Part shown: positions 13,207 through 28,179 of the stretch, piece after piece
How the letters are laid out: each line of letters begins with the position of its first letter
How positions within the stretch are numbered: position 1 is the first letter of the stretch
Origin: Ramazzottius varieornatus
Taxonomy: Eukaryota > Animalia > Tardigrada
Length of the DNA stretch: 64,000 nt
Direction: 5' to 3'
Assembly (NCBI GenBank): GCA_001949185.1
Contig: BDGG01000002.1
Span: forward strand, 1,633,145 to 1,697,144
Made by a program: the position numbers and the translations under genes
Notes under the pieces: model-generated
Databases searched by the model: none
The model's input: only the letters and a program-made list of their open reading frames with translations
Told to the model about the DNA's origin: nothing

Positions 13207-13372
13207 TAGGTAAAAACCACATCGAAGGCTGCACTGCTGTACGTGCGTGCTGGATATTGGGCCGAGGAGCTAAAGCTTATCATATTAATCTTATAGCAGT
13301 CAGATCTTCATTATACCTTCGACAGTTCAAACTATTCCAAGGCTTCTCCCGCCTCCGGGAGAAAATCGACAG

Positions 13373-13603
13373 CAGTGTTATCTTAATCATTAAAATGGGA
13401 GATCGATTTTAATAATCAAAATCGATTTGATAGTGCGGGTTGGTATTTGATTGATTGATCCATGATAGAAAATCGAATTTTAATTTTAATAATTGAAATT
13501 CATCAGCGATAATTGATTTTACATAATTGATTTTACTAATCACACAGACTTAACATTAGCACGTAACTTTTTATAATTCTAATTGCATAGTAAAATAACA
13601 CTG
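13373..13603. mobile_element. 231-bp hAT-type MITE, 8-bp TSD
   Basis: atcgacag|CAGTGTTAT...ATAACACTG|gtcgacag (one mismatch in TSD); AT-rich interior. Confidence 0.75.
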
Positions 13604-14825
13604 GTCGACAGCAGCATAGAAGCGTTAGAGTAAAACAGCTGATCAGCTGATGGCCACTGTCTATGACAATTTTCTAGGGTTGAATTTTACTACGTTACGT
13701 TATTTGTGCGATTTCTGTTTCTGATTTCCATTAAAATTGTAAATTTGCCGTCTTTTCCGCCGGGCCCGTAATTTTTACTGGCTCATAATATTTTGTCATG
13801 CGTGTAAATTAAATTAAATGCATGTAATTTAGTGTGTCATTTGTAATGTAAGGGTGTATCGCTTGTGGTCCGTCTGGAGTCTAGACGATGGTTCGAAGCT
13901 ACTTCCGTACATTCATACTAGCGTACGCTGGTCCAGAAGTACGTTTCGAACTTTCGGGGCGTCAACGGGTATGCCCGTGCGTATGTACAGCAGATACGTC
14001 CGTGATATCGTACCCCAACCGAACGACAGAAACGAGGTCGACTATGACGTAGCATAGGTAGGGAATCTATTAATGGCGTAGGAGATCGTCCTGACAGTAA
14101 GTGACACGGCCCGCTGCCTGGGTAGGCAGTCGGCAGCCAACCGATGTCCTACTGTCTCTGGTGTTGACTCTTCAGCATCTTACTGTCACACTCATCCCAA
14201 TCGAGGCCGATACATTCCGTAATGGTCGCCTGATCTTGAAGCTCGAGCCTCTCTGTTCTCTCCTTCAAATCAATTTTCCAAACTTGGCTGTTTCGTCCCG
14301 GGACCCTTGGTATGGTATCTGCTTCAGCCTCTCCCCCATCAGTGATCCTTGTTTCTTGACGGCATCATTCGGCTGATCGACTCTTATATTTAACCATCTT
14401 ACCTTCGGCTCTTTGTGCGGCCAGCTTGAACTCTGACGTCAAAATATCGGGGATGCTTCGCCGTTTGATCTTGGCACGATATTGATGCTGCTTTGCGGAT
14501 ATTGACTCTCGTGCGGAGGATTTGGTAAACACTTCCCATCTTCCTTTCAGCTGTAGAGTGTAGGCGCTGATAAGTATGGAACAGTGCAGCGGTTATAGGA
14601 GAAGAGCCTACTGGACCTGAGAGTGTAATTATTGTGGTGTAGGACTTCTTCCTAAGTAGGAAATTGACTTTTATACATTGTTTATGTTTTCTCTTTGCAG
14701 ATCATCAAAGCGATCTCCGGGCTGGAATCCGCGTCTGGAAAGCTCTAAAATTTCAGTAAGCAATCTTATGAATGAAAAGCTGATCAAAAACTCTAACGCT
14801 CATAACTGTATTGCAGAAACGAGAA

Positions 14826-17365
<2,540 letters not shown>

Positions 17366-17784
17366 CTCTTTTAATGCTTCTCCTGCTATTCTTCGTTTTC
17401 ATGTTCTCTCTTGTTGCGCTGAAATAGTGCGCCATACGTGGACAATTTTGTTTTTGAGTATTTTCTGGCCCAACAACAGGGGCGCTTTATGGTGTCAGTC
17501 ACACATACAGCATGGCCGTAATGTGTTTTTTTATGCACTCCATTTTTCTTTTTCTCGTGTTCGCGGTTGCAAAGATCCTGCACGGCACTGTTGCTGGTGT
17601 ATGTTCATACTTCAGAATTCCTGCCACATTCTTCACTTCTGTAGTACGATTTCGCTTTTTTGGTAGTTCAAATCAGGCAGGAAGAATGCAGTATGTACTC
17701 TCCAAAGTCCGTCAGAAATCTCAGCAGTAATAACAAATTCGAGTGGTCGACCACGTGTTCGGTTTTCGGTGATTCACTAGAGAC

Positions 17785-18097
17785 GGCTCGGTGAAGTGCG
17801 GTGAATTATTTTCACCATCCTTCACCGACTTGGTGAAAAACTGACTGGTGCGGTGAAGAAATGTGGTGAAGAGAGCAAATTCAATTCATTGATAAGTGAT
17901 ATCTTGATTGATCGGTTGCACCCTAGTCAATCAATCAAACTAGAAGTAATCAATCAATCAGTCGATGGATTAAGTCTGCTCGCTTCATCATCCTTCGTCA
18001 TCCAGATTCATCCTCAACGGTTCTTCACCTCGCCAGTGAATTTTTCACCAAGTCGGTGAAGGATGGTGAAAATAAATCCACCGCACTGCACCGAGCC
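17785..18097. mobile_element. MITE with about 85-bp TIRs rich in GGTGAA
   Basis: GGCTCGGTGAAGTGCGGTG...TTCACCGACTTGGTGAAAAA mirrored at 18020-18097; TSD not resolved. Confidence 0.75.
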
Positions 18098-19214
18098 TTC
18101 ATTATTTTTCACTTTTACCAGAACCTATGATATTATCAGCTAGCGGCTGGCGTTGCCGTCTTGTACTGTAAGCATAACGCCTCAGTTACTATTACAAACG
18201 ATTTTCCTAATGGTTCAGTTTTTCTGGATTCTGACAACGCCGTTCTCGGAAGAATTTTAAGGACAGCTCATGATTCAGGAAAGGAGTGGAGGAACTCAAA
18301 AGCATGTGACGGCGTAATTACCTACTAACATTTTCTCTGGACCAGACACACCCAAAGTACTTCCTCAGGAGACGAAAACCAAATTAGTTATCCAACCCAT
18401 GGGTGGTTCCATGATTTCGATTCACACCTGCCGATGGGGTCTACCCGATATGCTCGCACGATGGTATTCATAGTACGAACGATCCCGCCCATTCTGCAAT
18501 AAATTGTGAACCCATGACGCTAATTCGCGCGTTGCAGCTGGTCAATAACCCTGTAAGATTTGAGAGGTTGTCAACTGACAACCTCAGAACAACACTTAGA
18601 GATATTCAGTGACTTTCCGGCCTCAAGGATAGCCTGATATTAATCGCAGAGATCGAAACCACGCGAACCCGCGATAGAGCTGCAGCACGGCATATCCGAT
18701 GATTTTTTAATTTTCGGTCTTCATCCGCTCCTGCGAGCAGTGTGGTCAGTGTGGTCGCCATACAGTTACCTCGGACTGTGGGTATCAACATGAAGTCATG
18801 AACGCCAAACGCATCTCTAGTCTTTCCATAATGCGGAGCCAGCCTTCGGTGATTACAAGGCTCTTAAACTCTGACCTTGGATCTTTCGCAGTAGGCGCGT
18901 TAGGTGCCGTCTTCTGACTGCCGGATCTGAGCGGGAAGGACTGATTATAGCCCCCTCCCGGATTTTTAGCCTCAGGGACAGTACAAGCCTTAGGGACATT
19001 CACTTTGATTATACGTCCCTTTCGCCTGATCCCATGGCGCGGGTAGGTAGTCTACGGATTTTTCTCATGACCCCTACAAATACCCGTCACTTCGTTGTAC
19101 AGATCGTCAGTTTGCGCTTATTCAGCCCGTGCCTGCATCCGAATTCACTTTCCCACCATTCCTCTCTCCGAATCCCTTTTGTTTGGTAGTCTGCCCGTGA
19201 TAAATTTCGAAAGA

Positions 19215-20212
19215 ATGTCTCACGAAGTCACACAACGGTCCCTTCTAGTTCTCTGCTGTTGTGTCTGTTGTCTTTTGGGCTGGGTGGTCATCGCTGCCGC
19301 GAAAAAGAGCATTATACCCACCGGCATGGCACCACCGGCTACCTCAGCACCTTCCGACACCGCAGCCGCGGAATGCTACATCGAAGTTCGCCAGGTAATG
19401 AACTTCTTTTTGCTACGACCAGACTGCTGTAGAATCGATAACTCCGCAATACAGTCCGGTCGCTTGAGAAGTGGACATCAACATTTACCGTATAGCTTGC
19501 CAAAAAACAGACAGAGGTGACGTCAAGAGTCCACTAGCAATCAAAATGAGGGGAAATCAACTACTGCTTTCCTGCCATGTGAGAGGCACCAGATTTTGAA
19601 AGCAGTTTCGTACAGTCAAGCTGTCAACCTCTGACCATCCCTTCATAGCTGCCACCACGAAGCCATTTCCGTGGCGAGTCCAGTTTTCTGGATACAGGGA
19701 TTTGCCGGTTGCCCGGCTGAAGGTTCCAACAGTAGTGCCTTTCCTTGTTCGCTGGTAATCCGAAAGATATTGAATTTACTCCTTCGGATCTCTGTCTGTC
19801 GAACGATTCCTCAACCTGAAAACGTCTTCCTGAATCTCCTCTGCTTGTCTGATAAAGACGCGGTGCGATAAGAAAGAGAACGTTCGGTACTTCGAACAGA
19901 GAACAAAAAGTGAATGCAACGGATTGCTTGTGTTACGAGAACGAACGAACAAACAATCAAAGGTACATATGGCGAGCACCCTTGTGTTTGCCCTACTTTA
20001 GCAATTTTGAACTCGAAAAACGGTGTGCACTTCTCGAGCGACCGGACTGTACATTAACCATATTGTAGACAAAGTTTATGCCTGGCCGTTGTCTACCCGT
20101 GGGGCGTCTGTCTACGATGGATCTTTGCCAGTCTTTGGACCAGGAGTTCATCTCCATCGAAAAAGAATGCGCCGATGTCCGAGCCGCCAAAAGAGAACGC
20201 ACCGTTACGTAA
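19215..20212 (+). CDS. Putative small secreted Cys-rich protein; exon structure uncertain
   Basis: Signal-peptide-like MSHEVTQRSLLVLCCCVCCLLGWVVIAAA, exon ending ECYIEVRQ|gtaatg, later Cys-containing segments (GFAGCPAEGSNSSAFPCSL; PGRCLP...DLCQSLD...ECAD). Confidence 0.4.
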
Positions 20213-21121
20213 GGCTGCGGCCCTGCTGTTTCTTGAACACAACTTTTAAGGTTTATCATGCATCTATATCATTACTTTACTTATTAACCAGTCAACCTTC
20301 TGTGTTAGGAACGGTCGCATAAGAAGCTGTATAGAATTAAAACTCGAGAATCAAAAACTTCGGATACGTCAGACTTCCGGGTTGACGAAAAAAACTGAAA
20401 CGAATAATTACGGATTCGCGCATCTACGATGCGGGCCTCGGCAGTGCCGCCCTCTGATTTTAGAACACGAGCGCTATTTGCTGCGCACTGCGTACGCACT
20501 GGTTTTCTGCGTGAGGATAAATCCGTTCAAACACAGTTTTCAAATGCAGCACGAGTTCGGATATCCTACCCCCATACTAACACAACCCCGAGAGAAGATT
20601 GTGACGAGTTAGTGGACCGTTACAGATGCAACTTTCCATGCTAAACCACCGAACCATACGCACAGCCCTCAATGATCACGCCAGTTTGTTTTCATGGGAT
20701 AATGGTCAACCTGCTTACTGCTTTACCTGTTCACGTTTTCCTACTGATATTTTTGTTAGGCTAATTCAAAGTCACTTATAACTTTGGAAAATGTATAGCA
20801 TATTATCCAAGGCCAATCAAAGCTCAGAACCAACAGCTCAAGTTCCATGTGCCCATAGCCTTGATTATTAGAACATTCGAACATTCTCACATTTGCTTAT
20901 CTGTGATCTGCATCACTTGAAAACTTATCTGTTTGTACTGTATAAGGATGTGTAAACGAACCAGGAAGTAGAATCATGTCTGTCGCCTGTGGGTCTGACC
21001 CTTTTACAACCAAACCAAACAAAAAGTCTACCCAAAATAAAAGGAAGCTTCGGTGAAGTTGCTTACGCGTTTTTGATACGTTTTTTCCAACTTCCAATTT
21101 CTTAGTTTATTTCTCTATATA

Positions 21122-21266
21122 CTGTAAATATTCGCTGCGTCCGCGCAGTACGTCATCGCAGAAGTGAAGTACAGCCCCAGTCCAGTTTCACGGATTGCGC
21201 AACCCCCTACAGGGGTGCATCGTTACGTACGAGTACGTACTGCGCGGACGCAGCGAATATATACAG
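21122..21266. mobile_element. 145-bp MITE, TA TSD
   Basis: TA|CTGTAAATATTCGCTGCGTCCGCGCAGTACGT...ACGTACTGCGCGGACGCAGCGAATATATACAG|TA. Confidence 0.8.
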
Positions 21267-22112
21267 TATGTGAACTTTCTTCTGCCATAGGTTTGACAAC
21301 GATACCGATTAGCTGGCAAAAGTCAAACAGGTTCAATCGTTAAATTCGTCCTTACAGGAAACAAACCTTCGGAAACAGTTCCAGTAAACAACATTCGCTC
21401 CAGAACAGTTTATGCTGCCCATGTCTACAGCCAGCTGCTTCATCGGTAGTGTATCGGGATGTCCGACCGCCGTCGGCGGACTGGTCATCGATCAACATTC
21501 AAATCCTACGGTACTAATTTAGCCTAAAAACTAGCGGCTGTGGGAGTCAGAAATTTAGGGTCACCAGGTCTTCGGCTCCATAGTCACTCTAAAGACTCTG
21601 TCTCTTTCATCTGTAACCTCCCCCCCCCCCGCCACCCCCACCAGACACCACCTGTCACAATGCATCATTTGATCACAGAAAGCACCACGTGACCACAGGT
21701 AAGGAGGTGATGCCGTCATTGTACACTTGTAATGGTAGGAACAGGGTTATGCTGTCGGTTGATGGAGGGAGTGGTTATTCTAGCAAACACAGGTAACTTC
21801 AATCGGTCTTGTACATGGTAGTACAGTATCAAAGCATCGTGACGTATTTCACCTAGACGTAAAAGAAGAAGTTTATTAGCCGCGACAACCTACCCAACGG
21901 GTTCCTCGATGTACAGAGGAGCAAACGACTATTGTATCAAGCAGAAGAACGAATCAGTTGAGCACTACGCAGAAAACTATCGCTGAAAAACACAGTAAAA
22001 TGGGAAGAGAATTTTCCGCTGGGAAAAGTAGGTAGTCGGATTAGTCTAGAATCACACAATCCACTGAAACGTTTTGGTAAACAGTAAGGGTAATAGTGGG
22101 AGCAGTCCTCAT

Positions 22113-22293
22113 AGATCGGCCCTCAATAAATTGTTCAAACCAGCCCCTGGCCGCAGGAGGTGACCGCTCAAGTGGCCCCCTGTAGTTTTCTGTTGCTCAG
22201 CATGATGCAGTATTGTGATTTTCATCACGAACGCTTTTGATGCCACCCCCTACGGCCAGGGGCTGGTCTGAACAATTTATACAGGGTCGATCT
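22113..22293. mobile_element. 181-bp MITE, apparent AT TSD (ISL2EU-like)
   Basis: AT|AGATCGGCCCTCAATAAATTGTTCAAACCAGCCCCTGGCCG...CGGCCAGGGGCTGGTCTGAACAATTTATACAGGGTCGATCT|AT. Confidence 0.7.
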
Positions 22294-22581
22294 ATGGCAG
22301 TTTTCATCCGAACTTCCAGGGAGCGATGCTATTGGTCGACCAGTTCTCCGCTTTCAGGAAGATGTCCACATCGCTGGCGAAGATTCCAATGCGTTCGACG
22401 GTTGAAGACTTGGTATCATCAGGATGGACCGAAGGGAACGATGCGGATGAAACGAGGCTTTACCCTGATGCGTTGTACGTATGTGGAAAGTTATTCAGCC
22501 CTGACGTGCCAACGTGCCTCGGAACACCACTTATGGCGAAGTCCTAATTCGGAGGATCCTGAGCTTGCAGTGGATTCTCAT

Positions 22582-22986
22582 TAGAGCCTTGCAACATGCA
22601 GCACGTTCTGCGCTGCACTGCATTTTACTGCAATGCAGTGCAGTTGCAGTCGCCGAACTGGTGAGAAAATGCAGATGCAGTGCAGTTGAAGTTTTCAAAA
22701 AACGAGCACCGTTCGTCGCAGTATACTTGTATTGCCCCAAAATCGGCTTTTTCTGCATTTTCTGGCCGGATTCCGCCGTTTTTCGGTTAAATCTCCGTAA
22801 AACAACGACGTTTACGATGTGTTCGACATGTATTTCAGTTGGCAGGCAGGAATTCTGAATTTTCAAATGCAGTGCAGTGCAGTTTGGCAAACAGCAGAAA
22901 ATTGCAGATGCGGTGCAGTTGCAGTTTCTGAGAACTGGATGCAGTGCAGAAGCAGCGCTAGTTTCAGCTACTGCTGCAGGGCTCTA
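22582..22986. mobile_element. 405-bp hAT MITE with perfect 8-bp TSD ATTCTCAT and TGCAG subterminal repeats
   Basis: attctcat|TAGAGCCTTGCA...TGCAGGGCTCTA|attctcat. Confidence 0.9.
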
Positions 22987-23239
22987 ATTCTCATCAACCT
23001 GTTGGGTGCCTTTTATCCCGACAGGTCTTACTTTTCGCGGGACTTCGCTGTTCTTCGGTGCACGTGGCTGAGGTTTACGTGCTGGTGGTGGCAGGGTGCG
23101 CTGTTGGAAACACAGGGGGAGGAGTGTTGGTATCATGTTGAGTACTGATGACACTTGGCTTAGTGGATAGGGTTTCGTTCGGAGGGATGGGCGGCGTTTG
23201 GGTGCAGGGGGTGTTTTGAAAAACATTAACAATTTTTTC

Positions 23240-23700
23240 AGAATGGCTTCTCAACTGTCCCCTAAGCTCTGGATTTTCCCTTCAAGCTTCTGATTTTCCA
23301 CATGAAAAGGTATCACTTGGTGTCTTATACCTTGTTCCAAACAGGCCTGAAAGTTGTCCAGCACTCCGTCGAGGATTCGATTACTGAAGAACCCGATAAT
23401 GAGCGTTGCCTTTATTGGCATCTCCATCCCGGGAAGGTAGGAAACTGAGCTTCCGCAGCTTCTCGTACTTTGATGACACAATCAGGTTCCAGCTGCCGAG
23501 CATTCTATTTGAATTTTCTCCTCCTGCTGCGGTGTGATATTCATAATTTCTAACGATACGAGTTGCGTTATTATGATGGCCAACGATAGCGTTATGGATA
23601 TCACGGTCCGAAGTCATGATATTCTACATGAAACATTCCAGTCTTGTTTCTCCACTGCCAACAATGACATGGAATCATCATGGCCAGTTGTACGGAGAAT
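23240..23700 (-). pseudogene. Possible decayed LINE ORF2 fragment
   Basis: Frameshifted segments TSDRDIHNAIV and VLDNFQACLEQGIRHQVIPFH loosely resemble the endonuclease-RT linker; weak. Confidence 0.2.
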
Positions 23701-24482
23701 CAATGGCCGATTACAAGTGTAGTACCTTATTTCAACTAGGTCAGAAATTACGCCGTCAGTACACGTCCACACTCCTGCTCCTATGACTTCACGCAGATAT
23801 CAATGGTACACACCTGACCGCAGCAAGAACTCTACAACAAAAATTCTTCCCAAAATACACTACTGTACACGCGCTTGGCCTAACTGTTGGCTTGACAAAA
23901 GAGTTGGCAGCCGGCCGAAAGCGGTAATGGCCACCTTAATTTGATGTACGTTTCCGCTTTCGACTGGCTGCCAGCTGGTATTTCCATGGCATCAGTTAGG
24001 CCAGGCGCGTGCACACCCTTGCATAGGGGAAGCTCTTTCCTTGTACAGGGGCAAAGGGTGACCACTGGTCAATCGTTACTTGTGGGTGCGCAGAGGTGCG
24101 CGTTGGTTGCCCCTCATTAAAACCAGCAACTTGTTGTTGTTAGATGCGTTCTTGGGCTCATAGGAGCAAATCAACCAGTTTCAAATGATTTGCTAAACAG
24201 ACCGAATTTTCTGAATTCGATGTGCAAATCTCCGGCGTCGCCACTGTGCCAATAACAGCTCTTTGGGGCAGGACAACAGAACTGCTGACTGGTGGCCTTG
24301 CATTTCATGCAGGCCACGTCTGAAACAACTTCGTGAGCCAACCGTAACCGAACGGAAATATAAGGATAAGCTTCTCAGTTGTTCATATTAGAAACCGCGA
24401 CGTTTTACTTCTTCGTTTGTTATTCACGGTTTATTCTTCCGCCTTTCAATTTATCGCCGTAGCTGGTGAAATTGGAGCCACG

Positions 24483-26562
24483 ATGGAGGGTAACTTAAGC
24501 GGAATGTCCGGAGAGAGCGAAGACGAGGAGGTGTCCGTAAATGTCGGACAGAGATATCGGGCAGCTGGTGGAAAACTCGGTACCAAACGAAGAGCGGTAC
24601 TACCTGCTGACATTCAACAGAAAGCCAGGTAGGCAAACACCTTTGGACACCCAGAAGCTCCGATTAACATAGTGCTGCCATGAGAAACTCGAATATTGTT
24701 GCAGAAAGATGTCTGTGGAAGAAGTGAGCAAGTTGGTGAAAGATGATATATTCGTCCTGCGAGCGGAGATTTTGGGAAGTCGGAAACCATCAGCCTTTTG
24801 GTCGACCATGAGGCGTGTTGTCGATAAATTCGGGTGACAGGCTTGACTTTGTTTGCTGCAATTAGTGCAGGGTAGTGTGGAAGCATGACCGAAGCACCAA
24901 CACCGATCCGTTGAACCGCCATGTCCAAAAGTGCGGCGTGAAAGATAGTCAGCCAAGAATAACGGGCTTCCTCGAAATGTACAAGCTTCCTTTGATGGCT
25001 AAACATAAAGTCTCCAAGGTGTGTGCTCGATTTTGTGCTGTAGACGGAAGAAGCGTTAAAGAAGTGAGTGGCAAATGATCAGGCCGTGATTGACACCGTG
25101 ATCGATGTTACAATGAAGTACTGCCATGCTGGGAGACCTTCGGCGAAAGATATGCTTCCTGATCCGACGACAATCAGCAACTGCGTTGGGAGCGAAGCCA
25201 GAAAAATCCATGTCTCTGCTGGAAGAAACTAGACCTATACTGCGGATGAACGGTGGTGGTATAACTCTTAACTTTCGGGAGGAAGAATACACCGATCTTA
25301 CTTAGGTAAACAGATCTCTGCAGTTTAAATAGTGTAATGCGCTGTTTTACTGGCGTCTATAAAATTAAGTGTTTTGGTTGTAGGGTGTACAGTGCACTGC
25401 TTGTACGGGAATTCGAAGCTCCGAGAAAGGTTGCTGGGACAGTGTCGACAAGAAAAACGGGCCCGGCAGTACAGAACTTTATTTTCAGGAAGCTGCGAGA
25501 AATTGGGCTGGAGGACGAAGCTTTGCACATTCGTCACGGATCAAGGTGGCAACATTAAGGTTGCTTTCCGCGACTCTGACTTTGAACGTATAAACTGCGC
25601 AGGCCATCTTCTCAACACGTGCTTGCAAGCCTGCTTCAAGACCAAAGCGAAATCTCAGTTTCCGATGCCCGCGGAAGCTGTGCCATCTCTAACGTTAAGG
25701 AACCAACTCAAGTCTTTGGTGACGCATTCCAAGCAAGGAGGTATCAGTCGTCAGCTTAAAAAAACGCTGAAGCAGCAGTGCGACACTCGGTGAGCTTGTA
25801 ACTTATTGGAGATCCGGTCCTATTATCCAGCTATATGGAGTAATATTGTGTTTTCTTTATTAGCTGGAATACCCACGTCGAGATGCTGGCTTCAGTCCTT
25901 GCTGCCTGCAACGAGCTGGAATTGATTTTGGCAAACCGAAACGAATTACAGCTACTTCCAACCAGCAGACAAAGAATTCAGGAGATTCATGACTTGTTCG
26001 AGCCCGTAAGAGATATTACGGTGAGAGAGCTAGAGCTTCCACCTTCCAGCTGTCAACGTCTTAGCCAAACAGCCACCAAAATTCAACCTGAAAGCCATGG
26101 CGAAGTACTCTACTCTACCGACAAGCCCATAGAAAATGAAGTGGAGAAGTATGTCAGGCTACCTAGTCCTCCGGAGGATCAAGATGCTTTGAGTTTCTGG
26201 ATCGAAAAGCAGAAGGATTTTCCCCAAATGAGTAGCTATGCACTACGTTGTCTTTCTGTACCTGGTACCAGTACTCCTTCCGAGCCTCTTTTCAGTAGAT
26301 TTCAGTAGAACCGCAGTTGACGAAAAGCGAACGTCGTTAGACCCCGGACCCTAAGTGATCTAATGGTTATTCAGTCTAATTACAAGTTCCCCGATTCTGA
26401 GTACTTTAATTTCAGGAAAAAAATTTTATATGCAGCGCAGTAGCAGCCGTTTACAGTCAGTTACAGCGCAGCAGCCTAGTCCCACCGGGCAAAGTTTACG
26501 CAGCGCAGCACAGCATGCAGCGGATACTTAACCCACACAGCACAGATGCATTAACAACCCTA
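24483..26562 (+). mobile_element. Decayed hAT (Hermes/hobo-like) transposase element; right TIR present, left TIR not found
   Basis: BED-finger end (STNTDPLNRHVQKC), FCAVDGRS, FVTDQGGNI, NCAGHLLN, KQQCDTR|WNT, dimerisation domain FWIEKQKDFPQMSSYALRCLSVPGTSTPSEPLFS; stops and frameshifts; terminus TTAACAACCCTA at 26551-26562. Confidence 0.88.
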
Positions 26563-28179
26563 ATCTCGAACGAGTGGACTGTACGAGGAGCGAGGCCCTA
26601 CTTCGGCCACAAGAATACTTTGTACAGTCAAGTCCTGCAGGTGGCAATGTTGGCGTTCTAGCTGGGTCGAAATCAGCCGATCACGTTTACCGCAATAAGG
26701 CGACCGAGGAGGAGTGGACAACGTTTTAGCCCTTCTGAGTTTCCGTAGAAATCAAGGTAGGAGCCAATGTGCACCTACCGCATCAGCACCTGTTTCTATT
26801 CTCGAAGTCACCTATGATTTAGCATGCGGTGTTGCGACAGAATTTTCCCAAGTGGCGCACGACGACTACGCTTCACATCGCCATATTTCCCTGAAGCGTG
26901 GGAAGATTTCGCTAATTTTACCATCAAAACGTATCCGAAAGTTTATTCATGATTTCAGAGCCAGCGGTGGAAGGAGCAACTGTCTACTACAGACGCTTTC
27001 ACCCGCACATTCACTTTCGGTTTGGTAGCTCAAATTTCGATGACGTCATGCGTCACCGGAAGACGAGACGGCTGTGATCAAACCAGCGTCACTTCCTTCT
27101 GCGCCCTACTTTTTCTCTCGTTGGCTCCTCCCCAGTGAAAGCCATTATTCGTTTCAGTTCACCCGATTCCCGTCGATAATCCGCGGAGAGAAGGCATAAC
27201 AGCCAAAAGATGTTCCCGGCTGATATTTCTGTTCAGAGTGGTTAGATTAAAACCACCCAGGTATTGAATTGTAGGCAGAAACTATCTCTTCGTGGCCAAA
27301 GTATGGCATCGCTCCCCGTACTGTGAACAGGCAGAGCAACGCAGTCCGTGACCCCTGAAATAGAATATAGCGTTCGCCATATTCAATTTGGTATTTCCCT
27401 GATTCTGGCTCTTACCCGGATAAAACAGTCAAAATAGTAAGACACTAGAAGTGGATTCGATACACTACCGATTATTACTGGTCTCTAACATCCATCAGCG
27501 ATGTCTTGAAAATCTGGCAGGTCTACAACTTGTGTAGTGTCTTACTCGGACGTTTCAGTTGTACTGCGGGAACACGGCGAGAGACTGATTCGTGTATCCT
27601 CACAGGCGCCCTAAGTATGCGTTAAATAGCATTACCGGAATGTTTTATGTCTGCTAAGAGCCAATTCGAACCCCACTGCGGGTATCTTACCGTTGCACTT
27701 TATGGTTCTGACCACGATATTGAGCAAGAATTATTAAATTAAAAAACTGAGCCAGATAAGCGCTGTCTGAAATGTCTCCAGAAACAAAAGAATAGAGGAT
27801 AAAAGAAAAGACGGTTCCGTACAAGCTCGACACCGAAAAAGAAGAATTTAATTGTCATTGTACAAATACTTCTTAATGGTTTCCATTTTGGTTTATTTTC
27901 TCCCCTTAACACATGAAAACAGACAAGCGGCAGGCGTGGTTATTTCGTACAGGTAAAGTCACTGATCCCATGACGTCATGACTAACGTTTCTACACTTGC
28001 ATTTAACGGTGTAAGTAGAAACCGACTTTTTCGAAGTAGGCCAAATTTAAGCCTACGGGAACAAGTAAGTACAAAAACATGTAGGTTGTAGTTTTGACAA
28101 CACAAACTGCATGTTTCGATAGCTATCAAAACATGTAGCTACTATGGTTTGATAGCTAGTAATAACTGTGACCGCCGGG

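Larger units (their letters stand above)
12011..13804. mobile_element. TA-TSD TIR element (Tc1/mariner-like MITE family A) carrying nested insertions
   Basis: TA|CACGCACGACGAGA...GGGCCAGTAAAAATT and AATTTTTACTGGCTCATAATATTTTGTCATGCGTG|TA; same termini as the 213-bp copy at 53785-53997. Confidence 0.8.
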
